From a virus: a DNA stretch of 64,000 nucleotides. Shown here one piece after another: positions 19,029 through 27,865 of this stretch. The notes under the pieces are model-generated. The model saw only the letters and a program-made list of their open reading frames with translations. It searched no databases and was not told the origin of the DNA. Position 1 is the stretch's first letter. Every line of letters starts with the position of its first letter. Both the position numbers and the translations under genes were made by a program. The stretch spans positions 64,001 through 128,000 of IMG/VR virus record IMGVR_UViG_3300044695_008209. One strand, written 5' to 3'.

Positions 19029-19648
19029 GCCCCTTCCACATCTTCCGCAAGATCCTCCCCGCGCGGCTCTTCTCCGACGTCTTCAAGCACAACCCGCAGA
19101 TCAAGGGTCACTTCCAGCTGGAGACCCGCGAGGGCGGGAAGCTGCGTCAGCGCACCGAGGGCTTCAACATCTGGACGCTGACGGGCCGCGAGTACATCGC
19201 CGAGATCGTCGCCCTGCAGGCCCGGAGTCCGAGGACGACCTTCCGTGACGACCGCATCGCCTACATCGGCATGGGCTCGGGCGCGCAGGCCGAGGTCTCC
19301 AGCATCGAGTCCCTCGTGGACCCGGTGGTCTACAAGACCGGAGAGTACCTGGCCGCCCTCGACGCCCCCGCCACGTTCCCCACGTCGGGCACGGCGACGA
19401 CGAACACCGCGGTGCGCTTCGTGCGCGAGTTCTCCCAGGGGGAGATCAGCCTCGGGTACAACGTCGTCCTGACGGAGGCGGGGCTCTTCACGGACGGGGA
19501 CCCCAACGACAACTGGGACTACGTCACCCCGGTCACCGACTTCGCCACGGCCGCAGGCCGTGCGCCGATGGCCTACAAGACCTACGAACCCATCACGAAG
19601 ACGGTTGACTTCACCCTTCGGGCGATCTGGGATCTCCGAATCGTGTAG
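19025..19648 (+). CDS. Baseplate/tail-collar-like protein
   Basis: NIWTLTGREYIA...IAYIGMGSG...VRFVREFSQGE...LTEAGLF...YKTYEPITKT pattern typical of fibre-attachment proteins. Confidence 0.7.
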   Translation: MSPFHIFRKILPARLFSDVFKHNPQIKGHFQLETREGGKLRQRTEGFNIWTLTGREYIAEIVALQARSPRTTFRDDRIAYIGMGSGAQAEVSSIESLVDPVVYKTGEYLAALDAPATFPTSGTATTNTAVRFVREFSQGEISLGYNVVLTEAGLFTDGDPNDNWDYVTPVTDFATAAGRAPMAYKTYEPITKTVDFTLRAIWDLRIV

Positions 19649-19662
19649 CAAGAGGAACCACA

Positions 19663-22600
19663 ATGTCGACGAAGTACACCCGCCGCCCGTTCGCCATGGG
19701 CAACACCGCCAACCCGGTCGTGGTCACGCCCGAGCTGCGCGGTTCGCTGATGAAGGATGCGTCGGGCGAGTTCCCCGCGCTCTCGGTTCCCAGCGAGCTC
19801 GCAATCGAGACGGAAGAGCCCACCACCTCGGGGGGCGTGTCGGCCGTGTTCAGCACGTCGGCCACGATGACGCAGATCCTCGCGGACATCAACGGTACCG
19901 CAGGCCTGGTCGGCTTCGTGACGGCGGAGGAGGTCGAGGGGTGTCTCGTCCTGAAGAGCGCCGGTGCGGGAGAGGGTGCCTACGTCCGCATCATGCCGCC
20001 CGTCTCCGGGTTCGACGACGCGTCGGCGGTCTTCGGCTTCGACGTACATCCGCACCCCCTCGCCACGGTCTCTGCCGGCGACCTCCTCGATGCACCGGTG
20101 CGCCCGCGCCAGCAGATCAACCCGGTCGGCACGAAGTTCATCGCGACGGGAGAGGACCGTGTGGGGTCTGCGTACAACCGCGCCCTTCAGACGCTCTCCT
20201 TGAACAGCGACACGCTCTACACCTGGCTGCAGCGGTCCGTCGCCCGGCCCGTCTCCATCACGGTCGACGCCGTCGAGCATGCGGCGTACCTGACCACCAA
20301 CGCGGACGGCAGCATCGCGCAGGTCGACCTCTCCGACCTCTCCGCGTTCGACGCGTCTCTCGGGGATGTGCGCCTCTGCGTCGGGGGCACTGCAGGCCTC
20401 ACGAGGGACAGCACCCTCAACGAGATCGCGGAGCTCTACGAGGTCACGGACACCGGCCTGAAGGAGATCCCCGCGCAGGACCGGACCGTCCGGGTCGGTG
20501 CCGTCACGCGCGGGAAGCGCACGGCCGTACTCCCGACGTTCGCGGACGACGCGAGTGTTCCCACCACTCCCGTCCCGAACACCCTCCTCACCACGGCCGA
20601 CGGCGGAAACGCCCTCGGCGTCGACCGCGCGAAGCACGCCGGCGTGGTCATCACGGAGATCCGCCAGCGCACGACCATCGTCTGCACGGGGGCGACCTTC
20701 GTCACCAGCGGGGTCACAGCCGGGGACATCGCCACGATCTCCGGGGCCGCCATCAGCAGCCCGTTCAACCACGACGGTGCCTACCTCGTGGAGACGGTGG
20801 TCTCCGAGGAGGAGCTCGTCCTCCGCCCGGTCGACACGTCCGAGACGGTGCGCGAGCTCAATCCGGAGACGGGCGCCTTCGGCTCGGTGGTCATCTCCTC
20901 CGGCGGAGAGTGGGAGCGGTCCCTCTGGGTCTCGTTCTACCCGCCGATCCCGCGGATGCCCGAGGACGGGAAGATCGTCCTCACCATCCCGGTGGAGGCC
21001 GCCCTGGGGTCCCTGGCGCTCGCCGACCTGGTCAAGGGCAGCACGCGCACGAACAACAACGTCGACGGGTGGGCACTCCTCAACCTCTGGCGCGGGCTGA
21101 CGCTCGCCGGCGTGTACCAGGGCATGTCCGGACAGAACGGCAGCGGGTTCTTCGGCGCCATCACACACCGCCCCCTGCGCGCGGACCGTCAGGCTGCTGC
21201 TGCGACCTCGGCGGGTACGACCTCGCGCAGCAGCACCGGAGCTGCCGTCCTGGACGCGCACACGCTCCGCCTCACGGCCGCGGCAGCGGACCGCTTCGAC
21301 ACCTCCGATGTCGGCCTCACGATCCTCCTCAACGCCGGCCCTCTCCTCGCGAACGAGCCGTGGACGATCGTGCGCCTGATCGACAACGCCACCGCCGAGC
21401 TGGCCCCTCCCATCTTCCGCACGGGGTACCAGGAGCCGGACGGAACGACCGTGGCGGTGACGTCCTGGAGTGTGGTCGAGGGTGACGCCATCGACCTTCA
21501 CGGGACGATGCACGTTGTCTCACCCGAGTTCTTCGGGGAGGGAGACACCGCGCCAGCGGAGGGCGGCTACGTCTTCTCTCGCGAGCAGCGTGATGTGGGC
21601 ACCACCGACCCGCCGGTGCCCGGGCTCTTCTCCTTCCTGCACCTCGAGCGCATCCGCCTCACCAACGGCGGCACCAACATCACCATCACGACGGCGGGGC
21701 CCATCTCGGCCGACGACGTGCTGCCTCTCAGCTTCGCGCCCGAAGACACCTCGAACATCTTCGGGGAGACCTACGAGACCAAGACGGGCGCGGCGCAGTC
21801 CTCCCTCACCTTCGTCCGCATCCTGAACGGGAAGAACGCGGGCCTGTACCGCGTGAAGGATGTGAAGGACTCGAGCATCAGCTCCAACGCCGTCACCGTC
21901 CAGCGCCTCGACGGGACGCCTGTCGTGTTCACCGCAGAGGCCGAGGCCCAGATCGCGTTCTACAACGCGAAGGTGGGCATGTCCGTGCCCATCTACGGCG
22001 GGCCCGGCGCGGTGGGGATGTGGGGCGCGGCGCTGAGCCTCCTCGCAGACGCTGAGGAGACAGGCATCGCCGCCGACTTCGGGCTGCGCCTGGGCTGGCG
22101 CGGCGCCGGCGGCGGCATCATCGCCTACGTCAACGACCCGGAGTTCAAGTCCTTCGACAACGGCGACGGCGGCGACGGCCCGCTCATCACGGCCATCCTC
22201 CACGCGCCTGCGGACGGCATCGACCTCAAGGTGATCGGCGCGGACACCGGCAGTAGCGCGCGGCGGTCGTCCTTCGGCTTCCGCATCCGCGCGCACACCA
22301 GCCGGCACGACTACTCCCTCTCGAACCCTGGCCCGAGCGGCTCCCTCTTCCACTCCAACGCCTCCTTCGGCGGGTACATCGGGCAGACCGGGAAGGATCC
22401 CGCCCTCGTCCTCGTGAAGCACGATGCGGACGAGGCCGGCGACGAGACCACGCAGTACTCCAAGCTGACCCCCAGTGCGACGCTGGCTGTCGGGCGTGCA
22501 GGCGCCTCGAGCGTCGATGACCTCTCGGGTCCCGCAGGGCGGGGCTCTGCCGTCGAAGCCGCAGGCTCCGTCTACGTCTACAGGCACACCTTCGAGGCCG

Positions 22601-25260
22601 GCACCAACCCGGCGTGGAGCGAGGGTGGCATCTACTCCGAGGACGTCGTCGGAGCCGGGCGCTGGCTCTACCCGATCGTCGGGGTCTACGACTTCGGCGC
22701 CTCTCCGTACTACGGGACCGGGTCCTTCTCTGGGTGGGAGGCCCCCACTCAGCTCGGAACCCAGGGACAGGTCTACCCCCCGTCGGTGGGAGATGCCGAC
22801 CCGGCCGCGGAGATGCTCGCGCCCGACTACACCATCTTCAACTTCGCACACTCCGGAATCGCGCACTTCGCAGATGTGACCGTGATGGTGCCTGCACTGA
22901 CGGCCCCGTTCAACCGTCTCGTCGGGCTGCGCTTCAAGCTCAACGACCCGACTGCCTTCCTCGACCAGACCGAGTTCGCCATCGTCGGTGCTGTCGTGTC
23001 TGCGGAGAACCGTCTATACCTCGCGCTGCACTCGGAGACCGAGACAATCGCAGTCGACGCTGGACACGAGCGGTACTTCAAGATCCTCGGGCACCGCTGG
23101 CACGAGGCGCACCTCAACATCGGGGAGTTCTTGCTCTTCGGCACCAGCATGGGCCGCGGGGAGCTGGAAGTGATCCCGCTGATCGGGGTGCTCACGGACG
23201 ACGTCAACAACGCACTGGCGCGCGGGCCCTTTGCAGCACCTTCCGACCCAGAGCTGCAGACAGTCGAGGCCCTCTCGCCCTACTCGTGGACCGGCCATGA
23301 TGGAGTCCGCATCGGACTTGCGACGAGCTTGGCAGGGATGCCTGGTGTAGACGTCACGGCAGCGGCGTACTCGGGGGCGGTGTCGTGGCCTGGCGGTGCG
23401 TACACGTTCGCGCACCACGGGTGGGCTGCGGATTCCTTCGAGCCACGCGGCGCCTTCCCCAACTTCGCGTCCGTCGCGGTCGATCGAGCTCTCGACGCAG
23501 AGAACCCGACTCTCGACAGCACGTACAAGGGCTCACTGCTCGTCAATGACGTGGCGATCTCGTTCCCATTCGTCGGCACTGCCGGTCAGCTGACGTGGTC
23601 CGAGAAGTGGGGCGGCTGTCTTCACCTGAACCGTAGTTCAGTAGGTTCTTCCGTACAGATGCGGGTCTGGAGACCTGGGCACTCTGTCGTGTTCAAGGGA
23701 CACCTGTCGCTCCGTCTGACCCTTCTCCTTCAGGTGCAGAACTCGAAGTCCATGACCCTGGCGCTGCGAAAGGCGAACGGCACCGTCGTGGCGACCGGGA
23801 ACGCTTCCATCACGAGCAGCGTGACCCCCCAGGAAGTCGTCGTTGACCTGAGCGTTCTCGACGAGTCCGTCCTCCACGAGGGTGCTGCGGGTGCTGTGGC
23901 GGCGGACCGCAGCGCGGAGATGATCTTCCCCACGCTCGACGTCTTCGTGCAGAACTCTGGCGACGACGTCTACCTGCTCGAGTTCAGGGTTGAGCAGCTG
24001 ACCAAGCCGGTTCTGCATGACGGACCCCTCCTCGTGGCAGGCCCCGTCCTCGCGCACTCCTTCCGGTACGCCGAGGCGGTCAAGGGGTACGACACCCGCG
24101 GCCCACTGGATGCCGACATGCTCACGGGCAGCGGCTACGGCCTCGTCAGCGGGTCCCTCGACCCCATCCTCGCTCCGGCCCCGGACTCGGTCTGGGACCG
24201 AATCGGAGCGCAGGAGGTCGACGGTACCCCTGGGCGGATCCGCGCGAACTTCGGCGGAGGCGGGAGTGTCTGGTACCAGCTGGTCGCGCCCAGGGAGCTC
24301 TTCTTCTCCAAAGGACCCACCTCCGCCACCATCACCCTGGTGAACGGCGCGTACGACCCGCTCCTCTTCATCTACAAGACCTGCGACACGACCGGGGCAG
24401 ACCCGGACATCCACAGCGAGAACTTCCAGCTGCCGGGCAGGACTGGGTTCTCGGTACCGTTCGACCCTCCGCACGGGGCGCTGCTCACATCTCTCGCGCT
24501 CAGCATGAGCTTTCGCCCCAACTACCACACCGGGGACGACGACCTCCATTGGGGCATCTTCCGCACCCTGGACGCGTCAGGGGTCATCTCGTTGGGAAGC
24601 AGTGCTACGGCCAAGGGCGTCTTGGACAAGGCGAAGAACGACACGGCTGCAGGGGTCTACGTGGACCTCTGGAGGCACAACACGCTGGACATGGGGATCG
24701 CAGAACCCCAGAACGCCGAGTTCAGCGAGACACTGCCCCCCTTCGGATATCCGGAGCGCATCGCGCGGCTCACCGTCGACCTGTCGGGAGTGACGCCTCC
24801 GACGTGGCGTGCAAACCAGGTGGACCCTGCGAAGATCCCCTACTACACGGGCGCGGGAAAAGACGTGTTTGCGGGCCAGGAGCACTTCGTCCGGAAGAGC
24901 TGGGATCTCCTGCAGGCAGTCGACCCCGAGTACCAGCAAGCACTGCGTGTTGACCGCAGGCAGTACACGTACTTCATCACGATCTCGTTCTGGGGCGGCC
25001 CGCGGGATACGAGCACTCTCGACGGGAGCACTGTCTACGCGTACTCCCGGGCCCTTGGGTTCGGAACGATGGCAGAGTACAACGATGGGTCCGCGCTGGG
25101 CGGCACTCTGAGCGACCCCGCAGTTCGGGTAGCGGCTGGGTACCCAGGAGAGTACGGGGGTCCGAACGGCGAGGACGCCATGCACTTCCCGCCACAGGCG
25201 AAGTTCCGCGGCGCCCGACTTGGGTGGATCACTGATCGGTCCGGAAATGGTGGCTGGTAG
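19663..25260 (+). CDS. Long tail fibre / receptor-binding protein (1865 aa)
   Basis: GAGG RBS; follows the collar-like gene; G/A/T/S-rich multi-domain sequence; last gene of the + block. Confidence 0.65.
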   Translation: MSTKYTRRPFAMGNTANPVVVTPELRGSLMKDASGEFPALSVPSELAIETEEPTTSGGVSAVFSTSATMTQILADINGTAGLVGFVTAEEVEGCLVLKSAGAGEGAYVRIMPPVSGFDDASAVFGFDVHPHPLATVSAGDLLDAPVRPRQQINPVGTKFIATGEDRVGSAYNRALQTLSLNSDTLYTWLQRSVARPVSITVDAVEHAAYLTTNADGSIAQVDLSDLSAFDASLGDVRLCVGGTAGLTRDSTLNEIAELYEVTDTGLKEIPAQDRTVRVGAVTRGKRTAVLPTFADDASVPTTPVPNTLLTTADGGNALGVDRAKHAGVVITEIRQRTTIVCTGATFVTSGVTAGDIATISGAAISSPFNHDGAYLVETVVSEEELVLRPVDTSETVRELNPETGAFGSVVISSGGEWERSLWVSFYPPIPRMPEDGKIVLTIPVEAALGSLALADLVKGSTRTNNNVDGWALLNLWRGLTLAGVYQGMSGQNGSGFFGAITHRPLRADRQAAAATSAGTTSRSSTGAAVLDAHTLRLTAAAADRFDTSDVGLTILLNAGPLLANEPWTIVRLIDNATAELAPPIFRTGYQEPDGTTVAVTSWSVVEGDAIDLHGTMHVVSPEFFGEGDTAPAEGGYVFSREQRDVGTTDPPVPGLFSFLHLERIRLTNGGTNITITTAGPISADDVLPLSFAPEDTSNIFGETYETKTGAAQSSLTFVRILNGKNAGLYRVKDVKDSSISSNAVTVQRLDGTPVVFTAEAEAQIAFYNAKVGMSVPIYGGPGAVGMWGAALSLLADAEETGIAADFGLRLGWRGAGGGIIAYVNDPEFKSFDNGDGGDGPLITAILHAPADGIDLKVIGADTGSSARRSSFGFRIRAHTSRHDYSLSNPGPSGSLFHSNASFGGYIGQTGKDPALVLVKHDADEAGDETTQYSKLTPSATLAVGRAGASSVDDLSGPAGRGSAVEAAGSVYVYRHTFEAGTNPAWSEGGIYSEDVVGAGRWLYPIVGVYDFGASPYYGTGSFSGWEAPTQLGTQGQVYPPSVGDADPAAEMLAPDYTIFNFAHSGIAHFADVTVMVPALTAPFNRLVGLRFKLNDPTAFLDQTEFAIVGAVVSAENRLYLALHSETETIAVDAGHERYFKILGHRWHEAHLNIGEFLLFGTSMGRGELEVIPLIGVLTDDVNNALARGPFAAPSDPELQTVEALSPYSWTGHDGVRIGLATSLAGMPGVDVTAAAYSGAVSWPGGAYTFAHHGWAADSFEPRGAFPNFASVAVDRALDAENPTLDSTYKGSLLVNDVAISFPFVGTAGQLTWSEKWGGCLHLNRSSVGSSVQMRVWRPGHSVVFKGHLSLRLTLLLQVQNSKSMTLALRKANGTVVATGNASITSSVTPQEVVVDLSVLDESVLHEGAAGAVAADRSAEMIFPTLDVFVQNSGDDVYLLEFRVEQLTKPVLHDGPLLVAGPVLAHSFRYAEAVKGYDTRGPLDADMLTGSGYGLVSGSLDPILAPAPDSVWDRIGAQEVDGTPGRIRANFGGGGSVWYQLVAPRELFFSKGPTSATITLVNGAYDPLLFIYKTCDTTGADPDIHSENFQLPGRTGFSVPFDPPHGALLTSLALSMSFRPNYHTGDDDLHWGIFRTLDASGVISLGSSATAKGVLDKAKNDTAAGVYVDLWRHNTLDMGIAEPQNAEFSETLPPFGYPERIARLTVDLSGVTPPTWRANQVDPAKIPYYTGAGKDVFAGQEHFVRKSWDLLQAVDPEYQQALRVDRRQYTYFITISFWGGPRDTSTLDGSTVYAYSRALGFGTMAEYNDGSALGGTLSDPAVRVAAGYPGEYGGPNGEDAMHFPPQAKFRGARLGWITDRSGNGGW

Positions 25261-25617
25261 CTAAGGGGGAACCCCGAAGGGCTCAGACCTCCTCGCAGAT
25301 GAGGCCCTGCGTGCCCAGGCCAGCGGCTGCCACCCCAGAGGGCAGCAGTCGTTGTAGTCCACCGAGCGATCCTCGCCCTCCACAGAGCACGTGGAGGGGA
25401 GCAGGACTCCGTCCTCCATGCGCCTGCCGGCGTACACCTCGATGAGCCGCTTCGGCGACGCGGGCATCTCGTCGATGGAGATCACCCCACTCACTTCGAC
25501 AGGTTTCAGCTCGAGGACGGGCATCGACGTGACCTCGAAGGCGCCGCACTCCTCGGGAACGTCGTCGGCGCGAGCAGCGGAGCAGGAGAGGAGGAGGATC
25601 AGGAAGATGTGTCGCAT
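25261..25617 (-). CDS. Secreted or lipoprotein-like Cys-containing protein (118 aa)
   Basis: GGAG RBS; MRHIFLILLLSCSAARA signal peptide; stop abuts the fibre gene stop (TAG|CTA). Confidence 0.65.
   Translation of the reverse strand: MRHIFLILLLSCSAARADDVPEECGAFEVTSMPVLELKPVEVSGVISIDEMPASPKRLIEVYAGRRMEDGVLLPSTCSVEGEDRSVDYNDCCPLGWQPLAWARRASSARRSEPFGVPP
25269..25284 (-). terminator. Small C(UUCG)G hairpin at the convergent gene boundary
   Basis: Minus strand GAGCCC-TTCG-GGGTTC; no U-tract, lies inside the 3' end of the ORF. Confidence 0.35.
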
Positions 25618-25638
25618 AGAAACTCCGGGTTGTACTTA

Positions 25639-25644
25639 CTTATG
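25639..25644 (-). promoter_or_regulatory. Candidate phage promoter element CATAAG
   Basis: 21 nt before ATG 25617; sits in the loop of inverted repeat CCGGGTTGT...ACAACCCGG; recurs at 43031 and 48290. Confidence 0.5.
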
Positions 25645-25672
25645 ACACAACCCGGGCACGCGTTTCACGACT

Positions 25673-25709
25673 AAAGAGAGCGGGCGGAGCGCTTTCGCAC
25701 TCCGCCCGC
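25673..25709 (-). terminator. Intrinsic terminator of the replication block
   Basis: Minus strand GCGGGCGGAGTGC-GAAA-GCGCTCCGCCCGC (13 bp with one G-U, GNRA loop) followed by TCTCTTT. Confidence 0.8.
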
Positions 25710-25785
25710 CTCAGTGGGCTGCCGCTGCCGGGGTACCTACTGCCGATGTCCCCTGCGGGGGTGCGATCGGTAGCCCCGGAGCAGC

Positions 25786-25974
25786 TCACCCTTGGACTGG
25801 AAGACCGAGGCGCAGAAGTTGCCCGAGGAGAGCGGCGTCGTCGCTGTTGACGTCCAGGTACACACCGAGGTTCTTCTCGGCCCACTGGTGCAGCTCCTCC
25901 GCAGACAAGCCGCGGAGGAGCGCCACGTCTACTTCAACGAAGCGCCCCGCCTTGGGGCTCTCCTCGCTGATCAG
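25786..25974 (-). CDS. Small helical protein (62 aa), probable CTG start; not in the ORF track
   Basis: CTGA overlap with the upstream stop; LISEESPKAGRFVEVDVALLRGLSAEELHQWAEKNLGVYLDVNSDDAALLGQLLRLGLPVQG. Confidence 0.55.
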   Translation of the reverse strand: MISEESPKAGRFVEVDVALLRGLSAEELHQWAEKNLGVYLDVNSDDAALLGQLLRLGLPVQG

Positions 25975-27047
25975 TCCGAGACACGCTTGGCGACGTCCGC
26001 CAGCGTCTTGTCCTTCTTGTCGATGTCGTCGAGGTAGATCGACTCGACGCCGACGTGCACCTCGGCGAGCTGGGCCTTCATGCCCTTCAGGGTCTTGGTG
26101 GTGTTCGCGTCCGCCGCGTCGACCTTGGCGTCGATCTCGCCGAGGCTCTTCTCGACCGCGTCGAGGCGCTTGCCGATCTCGTTCTGGCCGTCGAGCACCG
26201 CCTCGAGCAGCTTCACGAGCCCGCTGGCGAGCCCGCTGGTGTCACCGCCGCCCGAGGACTTGGTCTCGGACTTCGGCTCCTCCTTCGGCTCCTCGGACCC
26301 ACGCCCGCGGCCGCGACCGCGCGGCTCGTCCTTCGGCTCGTCCTTGGGCTTGTCCTCGGCTCCGCGGCCCCGGCCACGACCCCGCGGCTCGTCCTTCGGC
26401 TCCTCCTTCACGTCCTCCTTGGACTCCTCGGCGCGGCCCCGGCCACGGCCGCGCGGCTCTTCCTTGGGCTCCTCGGCCTTGCCGCGCCCGCGCCCGCGGG
26501 GCTCGTCCTTGGGCTCCTCCTTCGGCTCCTCGGCCTTCGCGCGGCCGCGACCGCGCGGCTCGTCCTTCGGCTCCTCGGCCTTGCCCCGGCCGCGACCGCG
26601 CGGCTCGTCCTTGGTCTCGGGGGCCTTGCCGCCCCCGCCACCCTTCTTGGCCGCGGCGCTGAGCTCGAGGACCTCGCTCTCGTCGAGCTCCTCGATGCCC
26701 GGGAACGCGTCCTTGAGGATCTCGTAGAGCCCGTCGATGTCCATCTGGAAGAGCTTGAGGTCGTTGGGCTTGGCGAGGCCCGCGTCGACGGCGAGCTGGC
26801 GGAGGGTGGGCTTCTTGACACTGGCCATGATGTTCGGTTCCTTGGTAGACGATGGGGGATTCGGGGTAGGGAGTAAGGAGTGCGCGCCCATCTCTTCGAG
26901 CACCCTCACCCTCGCAGCCTGTACACCAGGCTGCGCATCTTCGTAGAGTTCGCAGCGACTCCTATCGACGAGCATCTGGGCGGTCACCCGTTTGCATCGA
27001 GAGAGGTGTTCGCACCCTAAGCAGCTGCCACGCTCAGAGCATGTCAC
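25971..27047 (-). CDS. RG-repeat, largely disordered protein with C-terminal coiled coil (alternative start ATG 26828)
   Basis: Six (D/E)EPRGRGR repeats; heptad-like tail LLEAVLDGQNEIGKRLDAVEKSL; AAGGA RBS before 26828. Confidence 0.75.
   Translation of the reverse strand: MTCSERGSCLGCEHLSRCKRVTAQMLVDRSRCELYEDAQPGVQAARVRVLEEMGAHSLLPTPNPPSSTKEPNIMASVKKPTLRQLAVDAGLAKPNDLKLFQMDIDGLYEILKDAFPGIEELDESEVLELSAAAKKGGGGGKAPETKDEPRGRGRGKAEEPKDEPRGRGRAKAEEPKEEPKDEPRGRGRGKAEEPKEEPRGRGRGRAEESKEDVKEEPKDEPRGRGRGRGAEDKPKDEPKDEPRGRGRGRGSEEPKEEPKSETKSSGGGDTSGLASGLVKLLEAVLDGQNEIGKRLDAVEKSLGEIDAKVDAADANTTKTLKGMKAQLAEVHVGVESIYLDDIDKKDKTLADVAKRVSD
26270..26625 (-). repeat. Intragenic tandem repeat coding K(D/E)EPRGRGR(G/A) x6
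   Basis: Direct reading of protein and DNA (recurrent CGCGGCTCGTCCTT on +). Confidence 0.95.
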
Positions 27048-27363
27048 GGCTAAATCCCGTGGTACGCCCGTCCCCCCAACACCGCATCACGGTGAGATCG
27101 GGACATCCGAACGTAGTGCATTTTCCGTCGCACCCAGGAAGCTGGCTGAGGAGCCGGTTCTTGTGCTTCGTGATGTGCGCCTGCATCGCCTTCCGGCGCT
27201 CCTGCAGTCGGTCTTCGGGCAGACCCTCCTCCGTGAGGATCAGCTCGACGAGGTCGGCCCGGTTGTTGTCGCGAGACACGTTCCCGAGCCCTGCGACTCG
27301 TGCCACCTGGACGAGCTCGCTGCGGTTCATCTGGCTCAGCATGCTGCGGATGTCGTCAGCCAC
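27034..27363 (-). CDS. Hypothetical protein: Rho_N/SAP-like N-terminus, 4-Cys C-terminus
   Basis: LSQMNRSELVQVARVAGLG...RADLVELI; CDGKC-x4-C-x7-C. Confidence 0.65.
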   Translation of the reverse strand: MADDIRSMLSQMNRSELVQVARVAGLGNVSRDNNRADLVELILTEEGLPEDRLQERRKAMQAHITKHKNRLLSQLPGCDGKCTTFGCPDLTVMRCWGDGRTTGFSRDML

Positions 27364-27865
27364 GTAGGTCTCGCAGGTAGGGGGTGGGGACGCCGTAGCG
27401 TTCTGGGTCTGCCTCTTCCAGGATCATGTGCACCTCTGGTATAGCGCTGTCCCCGCCGACCAGCTTCACACCGTGACCCTCCCAGAAGAGGGAGTCATCA
27501 ATCCCGATCGCTTCCGCGAGTGCGTCCTCGAGGAGCTTACGCCTATTCGTGGTATCGACTCGCTTATACGGACTTTTCGTCGTTCCTTTCAGCCACCCGG
27601 CCGTGAGGAGCTCGTCCGAGGGGAAGACGAAGATGAAGGACAGCTCGTACACCGTCCACGGCTTGTGCTCCCGGACGAACTTCTGCACCTCGATGAAGTA
27701 GGCGTCGTTGATGTGGCGCACGACCAGCTTCTTGTAGTTCAGCGCCTCCGTCGTGTACCTGATCATCGCGTGGCGCTTGCCACCGTACTGGGTGTAACCG
27801 ACGTCGCGGATGTGGTTGTCCGACGGGGGCAGGACGCCGTACGAGATGCTCAGGCAGCGCGTCAT
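27356..27865 (-). CDS. rusA: RusA-like Holliday junction endonuclease
   Basis: PPSDNH; DTTNRRKLLEDALAEAIGIDDS matches the RusA D-x-x-N-x-x-K...D...DD pattern. Confidence 0.8.
   Translation of the reverse strand: MTRCLSISYGVLPPSDNHIRDVGYTQYGGKRHAMIRYTTEALNYKKLVVRHINDAYFIEVQKFVREHKPWTVYELSFIFVFPSDELLTAGWLKGTTKSPYKRVDTTNRRKLLEDALAEAIGIDDSLFWEGHGVKLVGGDSAIPEVHMILEEADPERYGVPTPYLRDLRG

Noticed and set aside
19663-25260. Diversity-generating retroelement or invertible fibre cassette
   Set aside because: No reverse transcriptase, invertase or template/variable repeat pair noticed.
25673-25785. tRNA, hammerhead ribozyme or SRP RNA
   Set aside because: No cloverleaf or TTC-GA arm, no CUGANGA core, no SRP loop motif.
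25712-25788. Selenocysteine read-through (TGA followed by a hairpin)
   Set aside because: Extension is low-complexity (AAPGLPIAPPQG...) with no redox motif, and the hairpin does not clearly match a bacterial SECIS.
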